Assembly: GCA_051362555.1 (NCBI GenBank) | Contig: CM120641.1 | Span: 16,368,001-16,432,000 of the forward strand | Direction of reading: 5' to 3' | DNA from: Lingula anatina | Taxonomy: Eukaryota; Animalia; Brachiopoda | Length of the DNA stretch: 64,000 bases | In this document: one piece after another, positions 23,648-48,200 of the stretch | How the letters are laid out: every line of letters begins with the position of its first letter | Position numbering within the stretch: position 1 is the first letter of the stretch | Program-made: the position numbers and the translations under genes | Notes under the pieces: generated by a model | The model's input: only the letters and a program-made list of their open reading frames with translations | Told to the model about the DNA's origin: nothing | Database searches by the model: none

Positions 23648-26361
23648 ATGATGGAGACGGATATAATAGTGTGTGATGGAAGTCTGGAAGGTTCTGAACA
23701 CGAAGATTGTGAAATGGACGAAGATATTGAAATAATCGCCGAACTAACACCCGAACAGTTTAGTATCATGATAATTGACTATAGATTTACGAAATGTCAC
23801 AAGTTTGTTCATAAAAAATAAGTTTTTAGTCTGTTTTTGGAAAGTTTCATTTTACACGAGCTAAGTGTCGTTGGGACCTTCATCATATAATCTTAAAATA
23901 TGTTTCAGTGGTGTTTAGGTATATGTCCAGAACAATTAAAGGCATGACGATTTTCAATTTGATTATTCAGAATTATTGGAACACACTAGATTGGGGTCTC
24001 CCCCAACTTTTGAAATTACACATTTAAGAAGTCTTAACTATTTGACATTTTTTAGTGGTTGAACCTTGGAAATTCTAGTTAAGTGTCAAATTCATTAATT
24101 CTACAATATATCAGTTTTGTGCATGATTTCTGGTGGATTCATTTGTCCAGGACAAAGATTTTGAGTATGATTTATTTATTGGTTAATAAGCAAAGCAAAA
24201 TAAATGTCTATGAAAACTAACTGGAAGGTGATAAAGCAACAGACCATTTTGAAATTTAAAGACATTCATGATTGAACCAATTTAAGGTGCTTTTTTACAG
24301 CTGATATATTTTCTTTAGGAAAATTCATTTAGCAGAGGAGAAAAAGATTGAAGGGAATCGGTTTTATACACAGAAAAAATACAAAGATGCTTTGGAAATG
24401 TATACAGCGGCCATAGGTAAGTTGATTATCATGTTGAGTTTAAGTGCTCATTCCCAATGAAACTATCTGTGCGTGTAGATTGATCCAATTTCTTTGGGAC
24501 TCTCGCTGAATGCAATCAGAGATAAACATCCCTGCCACTGAGTAAAATCCAGAAAAGCTGGTGATTATAGGAGTATGTTTAAACAAGAGGAAGCATGTTA
24601 ATCTATATATCTAATTGCATTCAGTGAGAGTCCTCACAAAGCTGGATCAATCTTTGTAGACCTATAGTTTCATTGGAAATGAGCTCTTATAGTCATTAAA
24701 AGATTAGCTCAAGGAATTGGATCAAATGATATTCAAGTTGTAATAGATCAGAATCAAGTTATTAGAATCAATATAGGTAGCATTTCATATTATTTAAAGA
24801 CAAGAAAAAATAAAGTTCTAGTATGTATTCTGTTTTTTTAAATTCTGGTTTTAATGTTAATAAAAAGAAATCTAATGAATGTGGTAGAATTTCTAATGGG
24901 GTTTTCTTTGTGACAGATATTTGTCCCACATGTGCTGCATTCTATGGAAACCGTTCAGCTACTTATATAATGCTGAACAAATATCAGGAGGCACTGGATG
25001 ATTCACGAAGAGCAATAGCTTTGGACAGTAATTTTGTAAAGGTAAGTTTGGCAAATTATGGAGCCAAAGATGGGAAGTAGGGTTTCAGCTGACATTATTT
25101 GTATTAAGGACAATAGATTAAAGTACTGTTAGACTGACAAGGTATTAGATATGTTTGTGTTTTATCAGTTAAAATACTAGAACTATGATCGTAATGCTGC
25201 GCCAAGCTCATTTGAGCCCAAGATAGTTATAGCATGGAATTTCCATCATGAAATTGTTTTATATAAGTATAGTATGTTGTATTTTAGTTGTTGGTAAGTT
25301 AGCATATGGTTTAACCTTTGGTGTGATGTTTTCTTTTTTTCTTGGACAATAGAATTTTTTAGACACAACATTTTCACACAGTTAGTACACCTACTTCTAC
25401 AACTAAAGCACTGGATAGTTAGCACTGTTAAAGCAATATTTTAGACAAGGAAAAAAAGATGAAGAGGATCAGATAGAAGCGAAACGTATTATCACAATTA
25501 AGATTTAAAGTAAGTGCTAAGTGAAGAAGACAGTCAATATCTTTCCAGTCATGCAAGTCTAAGTTGCATTTGCTGACTTAGCTTTCAGATCATGAAATGT
25601 GAGGAATTATTCTCCCAAGCCCAAGCCCAAGTTTGAACACATGGTGGGTATCTGGAAATGCACTTCCCAATGCTTTCCTGCAGGAAAGCAAGTTCATTTC
25701 ACAGTGTGTTCAAGACTGGAAATCTAAATGTATTGATATTGTCTGATGAGCCAGTAATGTTTAAAAACTTTTCATTTTTCATATAGCTTATGTGCACTAC
25801 AAGGATTGCTGATGATAACATAAGGTTATTTATGATTAGGGATAGAAATTCAAAATTCTTCCCCCATTTTGGGTCATAATCCAACATACCTGAGACCAAA
25901 AGATAGAAAAAAGAAAATAGAAATGAGGTGCGAGCACCATAATTTGAGATAACTAGTTATATCTTTTGTAATAATTACTATGAGCAAATTGGGCATGGAT
26001 GATGCCTGTTGGTTTATGCAGATGAGTGATGTTAGTATGCAAGCCAATCAATGTTAACACAAAAATATATGTATGCTTAGAAGTTATTAATTCTAAACTT
26101 CATCTTAATTTCATTGAATCAACCTTTGTTTCAAGTTATCTTGTCAACAGAATGATATTTAGAAAAACACAAGTAACCACCAAGTCCACCAATTTGTGGT
26201 GGCAAAAAATATTTTATTTCAAAAATCATTTTCAACCAACTTGCAAAATAGAAAAGTAATAACCCTTGTTTTCAGCCAAATCATAAAAAAAGTTTTGACA
26301 TATATGAAACTTAGCTCTGGGTAACAGGGAAGAGTTTGTTTCTATCCCTGGCATGTGTGTG

Positions 26362-26393
<32 letters not shown>

Positions 26394-29300
26394 ATGGAAG
26401 AAGTTCTGACTTTCATGTATGTGATTTAAAAGTTTATGGTGTTTATAAAGGAAATCTTTTTTCTCACTTATCAGGGTTATCTACGGGAAGGAAAATGTCA
26501 TCTGGCAATGGGAAATGCCATGGCTGCCTTAAACAGTTATGAGAAAGTTTTATTATTGGAGCCCAACAACAATGCTGTGAAGTCTGAGGTATGCCTCTTC
26601 AAAACTGTTATCTGCTATACTTAAATATTGATTAAGGTGGCTCATTTGCAGCAGGTTCTTAAAATGTGTTTTGGTAAATAACCCTTAGATTTTACTCTGA
26701 CACTGAGCTGATTCTAATCGTCTGTAAGTTTTTTTTATGTTCTCGTTTTTAGATGAATAATGCCAAGGCAGTGTTGCAGTTTGTGGAAGCTGCGGAGAAA
26801 GACTTTGAAAAGGGAGATTTTAGAAGGGTAAGAATATTTCTTCATTGTTCATTTCAAAGTAACAATATCATGCACAAAAAGAAAACTGGATTTCTGTTGA
26901 AAAGAATTATCATTATATGTGTGCTGCATCTCAGTTGGAACAATCTTTGCTGAAGTTGTGTTTTTTTTATTATTATTTCAGGCTCTGTACTGTATGGATA
27001 GGTGTATAGATCATTCTCCAGCATGTCCTAGGTTTAAAGTAATGAAAGCCGAGGCATTGGCACACCTGGGGCGATACCAAGAGTCTCAAGAAACTGCAAA
27101 GTAAGTGACTGGTGTTTAAAGCTAAACTGTCTTCGTTTGAAAATGTCCCAAAGTCACATTTTCAATGTCTCCATATCCTGCCAAGTTACTAATCTTTCCC
27201 AATTGGACTTCAAAATGATAAAACCCTTCAATTAAAAGTAACTGATGTAAATATTTCCTTCTGAAATGTATAGGAAAACATGCCTTAAGGCTGTTCAAAC
27301 ATGTAGTACTAAATTATTTCATTAGCAATGGTGTAAAATGTCAATCCCAAGTGTAGGGATGGACCAAGCAGTGGTTGGTGATTAGGGGAAAATTACTTAT
27401 TTTTAGAGGAATTTATTGGGAAAATACAGGGTAAGATACCTTAACTGCTATATGTAATTAATTTCATTCCGTAAATATATTTTTTGTCGCAAGATCCAGT
27501 TGTTTTCTTTGAATCATATTGAGAAGTGTTCTGTTACCTAAATATCTCTAACCTTATGCTTATCCAAGGTTCTAAAGCTCTAAAGGGTAAATCTACATCA
27601 GTAATGCTTCAGATTTGAGGGATTTTGTTGTTTAAGGTCTGATTTGAAAAAGATAAGAATTTTTGCAGAATATTTAGACATAAAAGTGTGACTGCAAGAC
27701 ATTTTTGAAAACATACAGGATACCTTTCATATAGATTTCTTAAATTTATTGGTATTTAGGGAAAGTTGTTAACATGTATATATAGACGAGGTAAAAACTT
27801 GAAGAAAGCCATTATAGATGTCTTTTTTGATTACATAGAATAAAACATTTATCCTTCCTTGCAGTGATGTTATTAGATCGGACAGTTTGAATGCAGATGC
27901 TATCTTTGTAAGAGGAATGTGCCTTTACTATGAAGATCAGGTGGATAAAGCCTACCAACATTTTCAACAAGTATTAAGGCTAGCTCCAGATCACGTCAAG
28001 TCTAAGAACATATACAAGGTAGTATTTAGAATGAAATTTCTATAGTATTTAGCATTTGTAATATCAAAATGAGAGGTCTTTAGAATTTAACTGCTTGATT
28101 TTTGTGTAGATACCGGCTGGGTCCACAAAAGTTTTTATTCTTGAGTGCATATGTTCTGTTATATTGTTTAGTAAATTTTTGTACTCACCTTTTGATTTTC
28201 ATTAACTCTTTGAATTTTTCAAATTTTGTATTTGTAGAAAGCCAAAAGCCTTAAAGCAAAGAAGGAAGAAGGCAACCAAGCTTTTAGAAGTGGGAATTTG
28301 GAAGATGCTTACAGACTTTATTCAGAAGCTTTGCTAATTGACACAAATAATAAGTCAGTCAATTCCAAGCTCTACTGTAACAGGGCAACTGTGTGTTCCA
28401 AAGTAAGTTTTGAAGTTTATGAAGAATGTCAAGTAAAAGTCAGGGGAGTGGACATCCATTATAAGTAGCATGTACGAGATTTTTACTGAAACTTCAAACA
28501 AAACCCACATTAAATGTGACTGTAAAATATTTCAAGTCAGTCCTACAGATGGAAAGGTCCTACAGATGGAATCTTTCTTTTAAGTTGTCTTTTTTTCTTA
28601 ATTGTGACCTTTCTATTTCAAAATTTTCAAAAGGGAGTTGTGCATAATCAGATTAACATATATGAGGATGTATCTAGAGGAGACCGATTGCTTTTTTACG
28701 TCTCATTCAGTGCAAAGCTTGCATGTTACTTTCTAAAATCACTGATCATCTGTGTTTTGTTTGTAGCTAACCAAACTAGAGGAAGCCATAGATGACTGCT
28801 CGAAAGCTATTGAACTAGACAGTAAATATTTAAAAGCATATTTGAGGAGAGCAAAATGGTGAGAACTTTTCTTGTTAAGCTCAAATTTGAAAGGATGAGA
28901 CTGACTTGGCAGTATTGTATGTTGTCAGTGTGTAAGATTTAAGTAAAAATGGAAATTGTATTATTTTGAATCTAGCTGGCCTGTTAGTTTTTTTACTAGT
29001 TTGGAATGTTTTAGTTGGAAAAAGCAAATGGGGAAAAGATGTTAAACTCAACTTCAGCAGCTGTTTGGACATTTCTATTATATTTTAGTTATACAGATAC
29101 AGAACAATATGAAGAAGCTGTACGGGACTATGAAAAGGTTTTTAATATGGAAAAAACTCATGGTAAGGTTTCACTGAGAATAAATTTGTCATGCTTGTTA
29201 AAGGAGACTGTGCACAAATATTTCAATCCTCTTTAAAGCTGGTGGACAAGTTTGAAAGATAGATAAAAAGAAAATTAAGATTTTTGTCTTGATTAATGAA

Positions 29301-30600
29301 GCCTGATATTGGAAGAAAGTAGAAGTTGCAAATAGCACATTTACTTCCTTGAAATGAAGAGTTTGTGTGCAATTCCCGTTTCAGAGCACAAAAGATTACT
29401 TAAGGAGGCAAAACTAGAACTGAAGAAGAGTAAAAGGAAAGACTATTATAAGGTGCTAGGGGTCAGCAAACATGCCTCTGAGGATGAAATAAAAAAAGCA
29501 TACAAAAAGAGGGCACTGGTTCACCATCCAGGTAAAAAGAAATGTTTTAAATGGGAAAAAGAAATGTTGTAAATGGGCAATTGTCAGTTTTTTTTCCTGT
29601 TCAGGCCATGAATAATACCTGTTTTTTTTTATATATATTGTATAGTATGCTTTGATGTTGTTAATGTTTTCTACATTTTATGTACTAGGTGTGGTGTGAT
29701 TGAAATGTCTCTTTACTGCAATAAATCTGCATGCAGGTGGATTTTTTGTACAAATAAAAGGATGCATATGGACTAACTTTCTCACTGAAATAATTCCAGA
29801 CCGCCATTCCCATGACACCCCAGACAAACAGAAAGAAGAGGAGAAGATTTTCAAAGAGATAGGAGAAGCTTACAGTATTTTGTCTGATTCTAAGAAAAAG
29901 GCTCGTTACGATAGCGGTCAAGATTTAGAAGACATGGAAGGTGGTTTTGCAGGTAATGTGGCAGCAGTGTGTGTCGTGATCATAAGGCATCCCAGGGGCA
30001 GATCCAGAGATATTTTCTGACAGGCTTCCAAATTATCTTTATTGATCCATCCCCCATTTTTGACCGTTCTCTGACAGAAAAAATTAGTTACCCGTCAGTG
30101 TAAATCTGACCGTCTTCCAGAAGACCTAAATCTGCCCCTGCATCCACAAATTAAAGTTGATGGTCAATAGAAATATTATTGGATACACACTTCATCAATA
30201 TGTTTTTACATTCAGTGCTAATGAATTTTTTTGATTTAGTTGCCAAAACGTTTCCATTTGCTTTTTGTGCATTTTATCACTCTACTTTGGCATCTTGGAC
30301 ATTATCCATTCCTTTAAATGCTTCACTGAAAATAACCCAAGTAAATGCATTGACTGTATAGATTGGCTAGCAGTAATAAGGCACAGTAAACAGCAAGTCT
30401 GTGCACATTTTCAGTAGTATGATTTGCAAATGTTTATGTTTTCTTTTACAGACTTTGACCCCAACACGATATTTCAAGCTTTCTTTGGAGGAAATCAGGG
30501 ATTTCATTCATTTGGTGGTCATGGATTTGGAGGACATCATTCAAACTCCTTCCACCACTCAAATAGCTTTCCTGGTGGCTTTACTTTCCAGTTTGGTTAA
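23648..30600 (+). CDS. DNAJC7: DnaJ homolog subfamily C member 7 (TPR repeats plus J domain), multi-exon
   Basis: [77 protein letters not shown]|[23 protein letters not shown] (stop 30598-30600). First-exon donor uncertain. Confidence 0.96.
24441..24689. mobile_element. MITE with long imperfect terminal inverted repeats (~85 bp)
   Basis: GCTCATTCCCAATGAAACTAT..GATTGATCCA..GGACTCTCGCTGAATGCAAT is mirrored by ATTGCATTCAGTGAGAGTCC..TGGATCAATC..ATAGTTTCATTGGAAATGAGC; TA at both ends. Confidence 0.8.
26355..26393. repeat. (TG)n microsatellite, interrupted
   Basis: Directly visible. Confidence 0.85.
29993..30140. mobile_element. Small MITE
   Basis: Terminal inverted repeats CAGGGGCAGAT / ATCTGCCCCTG with CATCC on both flanks (possible target-site duplication). 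Confidence 0.7.
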
Positions 30601-33572
30601 TCACGGAGGTCTGGTCAGAGTACTTGAATGATGTGGCTTGTGTGCACAAAAAAAGATTTGACTTACTTACTCAGGTTTGGCACCATCTTACTTGATGTCA
30701 TACTCAACCGCTAAGTAAATAAATAACACCCCATCACATCATTTATTTCATTAAACCCATCCAACCAAACTTGAGTATTACATACTCAGATTGCCATTGT
30801 ATGTTGGGCCAAGTTAAGTCTACTTTGTGTATATTCCCAAACCAAGTATTTATTAAAGAACTCAAACCAATCCAACTGACAGGAATGCGTCATTGCCCTG
30901 CCAAATTGAGGAATATGAAACAAACTATTTGAAATATTTCTGATTGCTTCCTAGCGAAGCATGTGCTCTGACAAATGTACAGGACTGCAGCTTTCTGTTC
31001 ACGCAGGGAATGATTGACTATTTTGGCTCACTATGGTTCCAACCAATAGTGCTACTGTATATTTATTCTGGCCTGTAGATATGTACGTATAGTTATATTC
31101 AGTGAATATAAATGAGCACAAGAGATCTACATTAGATCATCTTTCTTCATTACATGATTTTAAAGGGAGTGTGATAATTTTTTTTTTTTTAGCTTCCAAT
31201 TTCAGACTTAATTTAAAATACAATATAGCTCATGTTATTTGAAGGAAGGTGAATTTTTACTAAGGGTCATAAAACAGTAATGTCATCTGTGTATGTCTTG
31301 CCCTGTAAGTCAGGTTTATTACAAATCTTAACAACCATGTCCAGTAGAACTTCAATTTGTTGTATGTTACTCAAACCCCATTGTGCCTGATGGTTTTAAA
31401 GGTGTGAACCAATGGTACATAAAAGTGATGATAATAATAACATAGAGAAAACCTAAAGTAACAGTCTTGGATTAAGCTTCCATTTTCTGTCACAATCAGG
31501 ATTGCACCAAGAGATTTGATTGTGAATGTTTGAAAATTATTACATAACTGATGTAGTTGGAATTAAGCTTTTTTATTTTTTATTTTTTTATTTTTTTTTA
31601 TCCAAAAGTGGTATTTTACGGTTATTAACATCATTATTGGGAGCCCATTTCTACACTGATGTTTCTGATTCTTGTATTATATTTGTATGATACAGTTTTA
31701 TGCACTAGAACTAGAGACTCTGGCATGTAGTCATGTTCATGAGATTCAGATTATTTCCAAACAGGTCTTTTCCTTTGATACCTGTATCAATCCAGTGGAG
31801 ATAATATTAATTCAAGTTATATGTCACTGAGTTAGAAGACAAGCTCCCATTACTGTCTGCATTGTTTTCTTTTGTGCTCATTTTAAGATCATAGATCCTG
31901 GAAGGAAAGTTTGGAATTGCTTGCCTTGCAAGAGTTGGTCACATGCAAAGAACTTTAAGGCACTGACTGTTTTAGTAGAGATTTTTTTTTCATTTTTTAA
32001 ATTTTAAATTTATGTTTAAAGAGAGGAGATGGTAATTCAATTAATTCAGTTTTTTTATAATTACATTTCAAAGAAGAGCTCACCCAAGCAAGCCTATTTG
32101 AAGTAGTGACAAGTTTTTATTAATAATAAAGCATTGAATGTGAAACTGATTTTTTTTCTTTTTTTTTTCTTGAAAGGGGTAACATTCCCACAAATGATAT
32201 CAGCCAAAATAGTGTTGTATATTGGCAGTATTACTGGAAAAAAATCAAATTGTGAAGAGGCAACTAGAGGACAGTTTGTCAAGTTTAAATATTGCAAAAT
32301 TTAACCAGGTATTGTAGAGTCATACATGAATGGTTAAAAAATACTAGTGTAAAATATATTTGGAGGGATAGAGTGGTTAGTAGTGACTCAATTTATACCC
32401 CCCCCCCCCAAAAAAAAAAAAAAAAAAAAACATTTTAGACCCTTGGACCCAGTAAAATCCTGGTTTTGTCAGTATAACCAATAGTTAAAATATAAACCTG
32501 GAGAGTGAAAATGTTGAATCGACTGGATCTGGAAAATTGATCTTCCAAATATAAAAAAGTTCATGTCAACAAGAAGTCAAAAGTTGTTACAAATGGTCTG
32601 AAATGCAAAAAAAAAAAAAAAAAAGAATTTTATGTATAAATTTGACAAAAATATGTCATAACATAACCAGTATTATATAATGAACAGCAGTGATTCTATA
32701 ACCAAGTTTGGCAACTGGATTCAAACATGTTTATTGATTCATTCAATTTGCTTCTCTGCTACGTATAAATATTGGCACTTTAAAAGTATTGGCACTTATC
32801 ACAGCTGCTGCTTAAGTTCACCAAAGTGAGATCAATGTTAACCACAGGATTCTTACTATGCCAACACATGAATTCAACCATACTAGACTGTCAAATTGGC
32901 ACAAAATCATGATATCTGAATTTTTAAATAACAAATAAGTACACTTTCAATAAACCTACAAAAATTTTAATGTCTCACACATAGAGCACAGTAAAACCTA
33001 CATCATTCTCAAAGGTCACAATAATAATATATCTATGTTTATATGTTTAACCAATGAGACACATATTGCAATAAACTACAACTATCAAAATCTTGCTCAA
33101 TTTCCAACTTTAAAAGTAATTTTACTAATATTGATCTTTTATTAAGACAGTTTCATTGCAATAACATGTAGCAGGGGATTAGGTGTATTAATTAACCTTA
33201 CATATAATTTTATGAAATCTCATGAACAAATAGTTCATAGAATAATTCATACTCTTACGACTGTCATTTCTTTATCTTACTTTTGATTACATAAATACAC
33301 TTTGTGTTTTTTTTTTCATGCAATACAGTAAAAACAAGACTGCATTAAAGAACCTAAAATTTTGCAAGCTGGTCTGAATAAGTATAAAATACAATTATTG
33401 TAATAGTGTTTTATGTGATTAGAATCGTATCTTTATGCATAATTCTTATGTATCAAGTTCTTATCACTTGGACTTCAGATGGTCACAATTTTATTTTCAT
33501 TCTGTTACATGTTCATGTCACAAATGTACCTTTAGAAAGTACAAAGCAACTTAAATTACTTTGCCCTCATAT

Positions 33573-43236
<9,664 letters not shown>

Positions 43237-44779
43237 GTTTTTTCTTCCTGTTAATCCCTATATAACCTAAAAAAATTTGGTTATTCATTATTCAGAAATG
43301 TATTTTAAGAAAAAAAGCAGGTTTACATAATTTTGTATGATTCTAACATGCTGGTATGAGACCAGTGTCAGATCAAGTGTAATTTTCACATTTTTCCCAG
43401 CATTTTACTTAATTTTTTGCATTTCTCTGAAAAAAAGATTCTAACCATAGATACATTTAATATGTACAATGTGGGCTGAGATGCCTGGAAGTGTGTATCA
43501 TGAGAAGAAAGGTACACTGTTGCATGTCTGCATAAATAGGCACACCTGGTGATTAACAAGAATGAAAAGCAGCAAATTTTGAGTTTGTTCAGAGAAGTGT
43601 TTTTTCAAGAACATATTTAAAAGTTAATAAATATGAGCTTTTCCTTCCAAAATGAATTTTTATAATAAAAAAAAATCCCCTACTCATGAATTATTGCTCA
43701 ACCTGTCCCTGCATAGATTTGATGTTTTATTACATTATTAATTGAATAATCTAGGTTTAATGACTGGCCAGTCTTTAAGAATTACATATGCCTTCCTGAC
43801 ATTCACAAGACACTTTCTGGGCATGGCATCATTCTCACTTGATAACACAAGAAAACGACACATTGTTTTTTTTTCTTGTACTGTGTATAAAATAGATGGT
43901 TTTTCTTCTTGCATGAAGTTGAGAGATGTGACAGTTACCACATTGCATGCTGAATGTAATAGCAATATTAGGCACTAGTATGTTTCTAATATGTTTCTGT
44001 GGAGCATTTTCAAATGTATGCAGGATGCACCTATGAATAATATAAAGGAATTTAGAAATAACTATAAGTAGATAGTATAAAATTAATTTTTTAAAAAATG
44101 AGGGTGTGGCATGAAAATATGATTCTTAAAAGTATTATGAATGCATCAAAGAATTTTCCAAAGCAATATTTACTATGTCATGCAAATTGGTACCACAATG
44201 AAAACTTTTCATCAAAATTATTCCATCTAAGTTATCATACTATCAGCAGTATCACTTAAATCTGTGTTTTGAACTTAAATAATTAATTTGGTATCCCTTT
44301 AAAAATATTAAATATAAGTCCATTTCATTTGTCAGAATACACATCTGAGTTTTACCAATATTTTGGCAGGATACAGATACCAACATGGGCAGTTCGGGTT
44401 ACAACTTTCTGGCTCTTACATTACCACCAGTATAAATCCACATGCAAATAGATTTTGGCTCCTTCTATATACAACCACAAACAAGTTACTTAATATACAT
44501 TCAATCTTTAATAAAGATATACCCCCTTTCAATAATGAAAATGTTACTTAATTCTCACTCTGTAATGTGTTATTTCTTATCTTGTAAGAGCAGGGCTTAC
44601 TTTCTAGTACATATGTACTGGAAGAAGCAAGCATTGTCGTTTGAAAGGGAAGATAATTCTAATCAGCAATGGCCTGCGCAACTAATCCGCAAAAATGTAA
44701 ACTAAAATACTATAATATAATCTAAGCCCAAATGGTTGTAATTAACAAAATATTAGCTATTCCTAATCGATATCTTACC

Positions 44780-45239
44780 AAATTTTCAACCATCACATTT
44801 TTGCTAAGTCAAAGCATCGCTCGCCATCTTTTGTTGTTAGGTTACTTTCCACAGGGTACAAGAACATCTTACAGAAGTTTGGGGAGTGTATGTAAGCATT
44901 TATTTATCAACTCTCCATATCTTTTGATTTCTAAAAGTTTATTATCAAAAATATATATATCAATAATGATTTATGCAAAAAATGAAAAATGACACTATTG
45001 GTTTTTAAAATAAACTTTACCCCTGTGTTAAAAAGCCACTCTTTACTTCCTTTTGCGCATGCCTGAAAAGAATGGCCGACTTAGGACGAACCCTGTGACA
45101 AACCTTGCGAAACTTTCCTCCTCGCAGTTTCTATGTGTTAGCTCGATGCACCTTGGAAATTGAAATGTGACATAGCACTGCATATGATTATAACAAAGAA
45201 GGCCAATAGAACGAGACAGAAGAGTTCGTGCATTTAAAG
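44780..45239. promoter_or_regulatory. Probable bidirectional promoter for the LRR-RRM gene and PIP5K1, including a likely 5' UTR exon of the LRR gene
   Basis: CpG-enriched; AAGATGGC motifs on both strands (~44829 minus, 45237 plus); minus-strand donor G|GTAAGA near 44779; CCAAT near 45203; TTGCGCATGC near 45053. Confidence 0.6.
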
Positions 45240-48200
45240 ATGGCAGCGGCAGCTGCAGGCGCGGCTGGGGCCGTGTCCGTGATGCCTGCCCCAACGAAAA
45301 ATTTCGATGATGGTAGGTTGGTTCTGAGTAGCTTTTAAGACTTTTTTGATTTTGTTGTTTAGTTTCTTGGTAATACCAAGTTTGTCTGATTTTGTCTTCA
45401 ATTATAAGTAACATTTAATGGATCTCTGTAGTAGACCGATTACTTTGGCAGGAAGTTATAATTAGCTGTTGTCTTCATTCCTTATTATGGAACTTGGAAG
45501 TGTTTTAGTCCTATATTAGCAGTGTGAAGTAGTCAAGTCTAAATTTTTAAAAAATCATGGCGAGCAATAAATAATATACACCACACTGGCAGAGGATAGA
45601 ATCCACGACAACTGCACAGCAGCATTTCAGGTTAATATGAGAGAGACTTTGAACCAGCAGGTGGGCTACAGAGAGACACAGAGTCGCTTAACCTTCCTGT
45701 TGTGTTTGAAGGATTAATTCATTTACCCATATAGAGCACATGTAGTGCCCCAGACCAATATAGTCAAGGGATGTTTTAGATTAACCATTTGCCTTGATGA
45801 CATAGGCATTGATGTGCCCATACTTTTACATAAACATGAATGATGTGTACATTATATCTTGCTCAAGTAATCATACTAGTTCCTACTTACATTCATGTGT
45901 GTACGCTGTTGTGTTTGAGTCTGAGCAGAATAAGTGCCAATAAGCTAGAACTATTAGTGCTTCAGATTTGACTTCATACTGAATTCAGCTACTGAAGAGC
46001 CAGTGACTTGAGCTGCCACTTGAAGCAGGTTTTGATATTGACTTTAACACAAATTGTAAACAATATTAAAGCAAATAAATATTAATGCAACAGAAAACAT
46101 AAACATAGCAGAGGGGTGCTAACATAATGAAATGGAAAATAAAAACTAGTATTGCCTACTGCCTGGTTTGTAATAAAATAATTAACTTATTAGTAGTGAA
46201 CCATGGTGAACTATGAAATAATTAATATACTTTAGTAACCTCCCTGACCAGTCATGAAGATGAAATATATATGTCCTGTTTTCTGGCTCACACCCTTGCC
46301 CTGTAGTAGTTCTTTATAGGCAGTCATAAACAAATATTAAAATGGACTTTGTTTTTATTTAAATTTATGGGCTATACTTTTATTTCTCTAAGTAACATTA
46401 ATTCCAAAGCTAGCTGCGACAATGACTTATATATCATGCAGACCCGTATATCCCAAACTTATGAGGTAAACTTCCATTAGATAAATTGCATAAGTTATGT
46501 TCCTGAATAAAGAGAAGGCTAAGTTTTCCTTGTAACATATAAATTCCGTGGTGGTTAGTTAGCAAATAAATGTAGGATTGCAGTCAATAGTTGATGTGTG
46601 ATTCACGGATGTTTATGCAATGGGAAAGGTTATCAGTAGGTGTGGAGTAGAATACCAGCTGTTACTATATATATGATATATATTGTAAATGCGTAAAACA
46701 ACACAAATTTATTAGTTTAAAATCAACTAATTATGAATGTAATAAGTGAACTATGTATTTCCTTATAAATTTTCAGACTGAAATGAATATAGCATATTGA
46801 ATGCTTACCATTTTGTCCAGACCTTTTCTTTTGTTTTATTCTTATGAAAAAGCATATATATATGAATTTCACAAGATGACTTCAGAGAATACTAGGAAAA
46901 AGTGCTTATTAAAAATAAACAGATGATTAATAAAATATATATATATATATCATGGTGATAATGCTGTTGCTATAGATATGCATGAAGAGTGCATCCAAAG
47001 TTCAGACACCCAGTGTTTTCATGTATGGCAGCTGGCTGCTCATGCAATGTCCTGTGATACAGTCTCTGCAGTCATGTCATATGATATTGAATGGACTGAC
47101 CAGTCAGCCTACTAAGTGATGAATTACACAATATACCACACATACACTGGTCAAACTTGACCAAGCATACTGAGAGGAAGTTCCTCTTATTAATAGGAAT
47201 CCTTAAGCTATTGGAATCGATAACATGGCGATAGTACTTGCATCTTGCTTGCTTCTCTGTGTTATTGCATATTCACAGAGTCCAAAATTGATAATTGGGT
47301 TTTCTCTTGGTTTAAGTGACCATATATATTTTATGCTACCTTTCTGGTATTTAAATTAGTTTGTGTGTGACAACCATCTGAAAAGCATTTTGAAACATGT
47401 TGTTTATTTCCTGAATCGAAAACCAAATCAAGAATGTCTTTTTTCTTCCCTGGATCAGAAAGTGAATAGGTAGTAGTATTTTGTAAGATTAAAAGCTTGA
47501 GAACTAGTTTACATTATGATTTGCTCTGTCTCTGCAAGCTTTTTAGAAAGACACAGGTGTGAGTTTTTTGCCTAATGGTAAGTTAATTTATATGACAAGA
47601 TTCAGGTTTAGAATTATAACTATTAATTTCTTTTATATAAACAAAAAATCCTAGACAAGTATGTTTGACAAACTGTTGTAAGCAAGTTCATCCCCCATCA
47701 AATTTGTCACAACTTTACATGGCACTAAGTTGTTTTTCAAGTGTCCAGTAAATCTTTCTAGAATTTGTTGGAAAATTCTCAGTTTTCCAGGTAAATTTGA
47801 GCACATAATGTGTGAGGCACAGGTGGCAGCTGACAGCAGTAACAGGTTGCTGGGCAACATAACTTCAAAGTTGCCTGGAGTGTAGTGCCCACTAGATTTT
47901 GAAGGTCATTTTTGGTTCAGACTGTGAAAAGTGGTGGTTTATTTTCAAGTCGCTAAGATCATGTTTTTTTCATGCTAATGATTTAAGGAGACCCAAAATT
48001 GAGGCAGCAATCCCACATTAAAGCTCCATTATATTCATTTTTTTTCAAACACCGAATTAGATTTTATTTCTCAAAAATTATTTAATTCAGCAGGCCTCAG
48101 AAAACTTAGTATTTAGAATTTGAAGGGATCATGTAAAATGTTATTGTTTTCAATAGCTATCTTTTGTTTTTGTTAATATATCCAAAGTTATAACAATTGC

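Noticed and set aside
45557-45660. Alternative PIP5K1 start at ATGGCGAGC
   Set aside because: Stops after five codons; the exon at 45240-45312 fits the downstream phase instead
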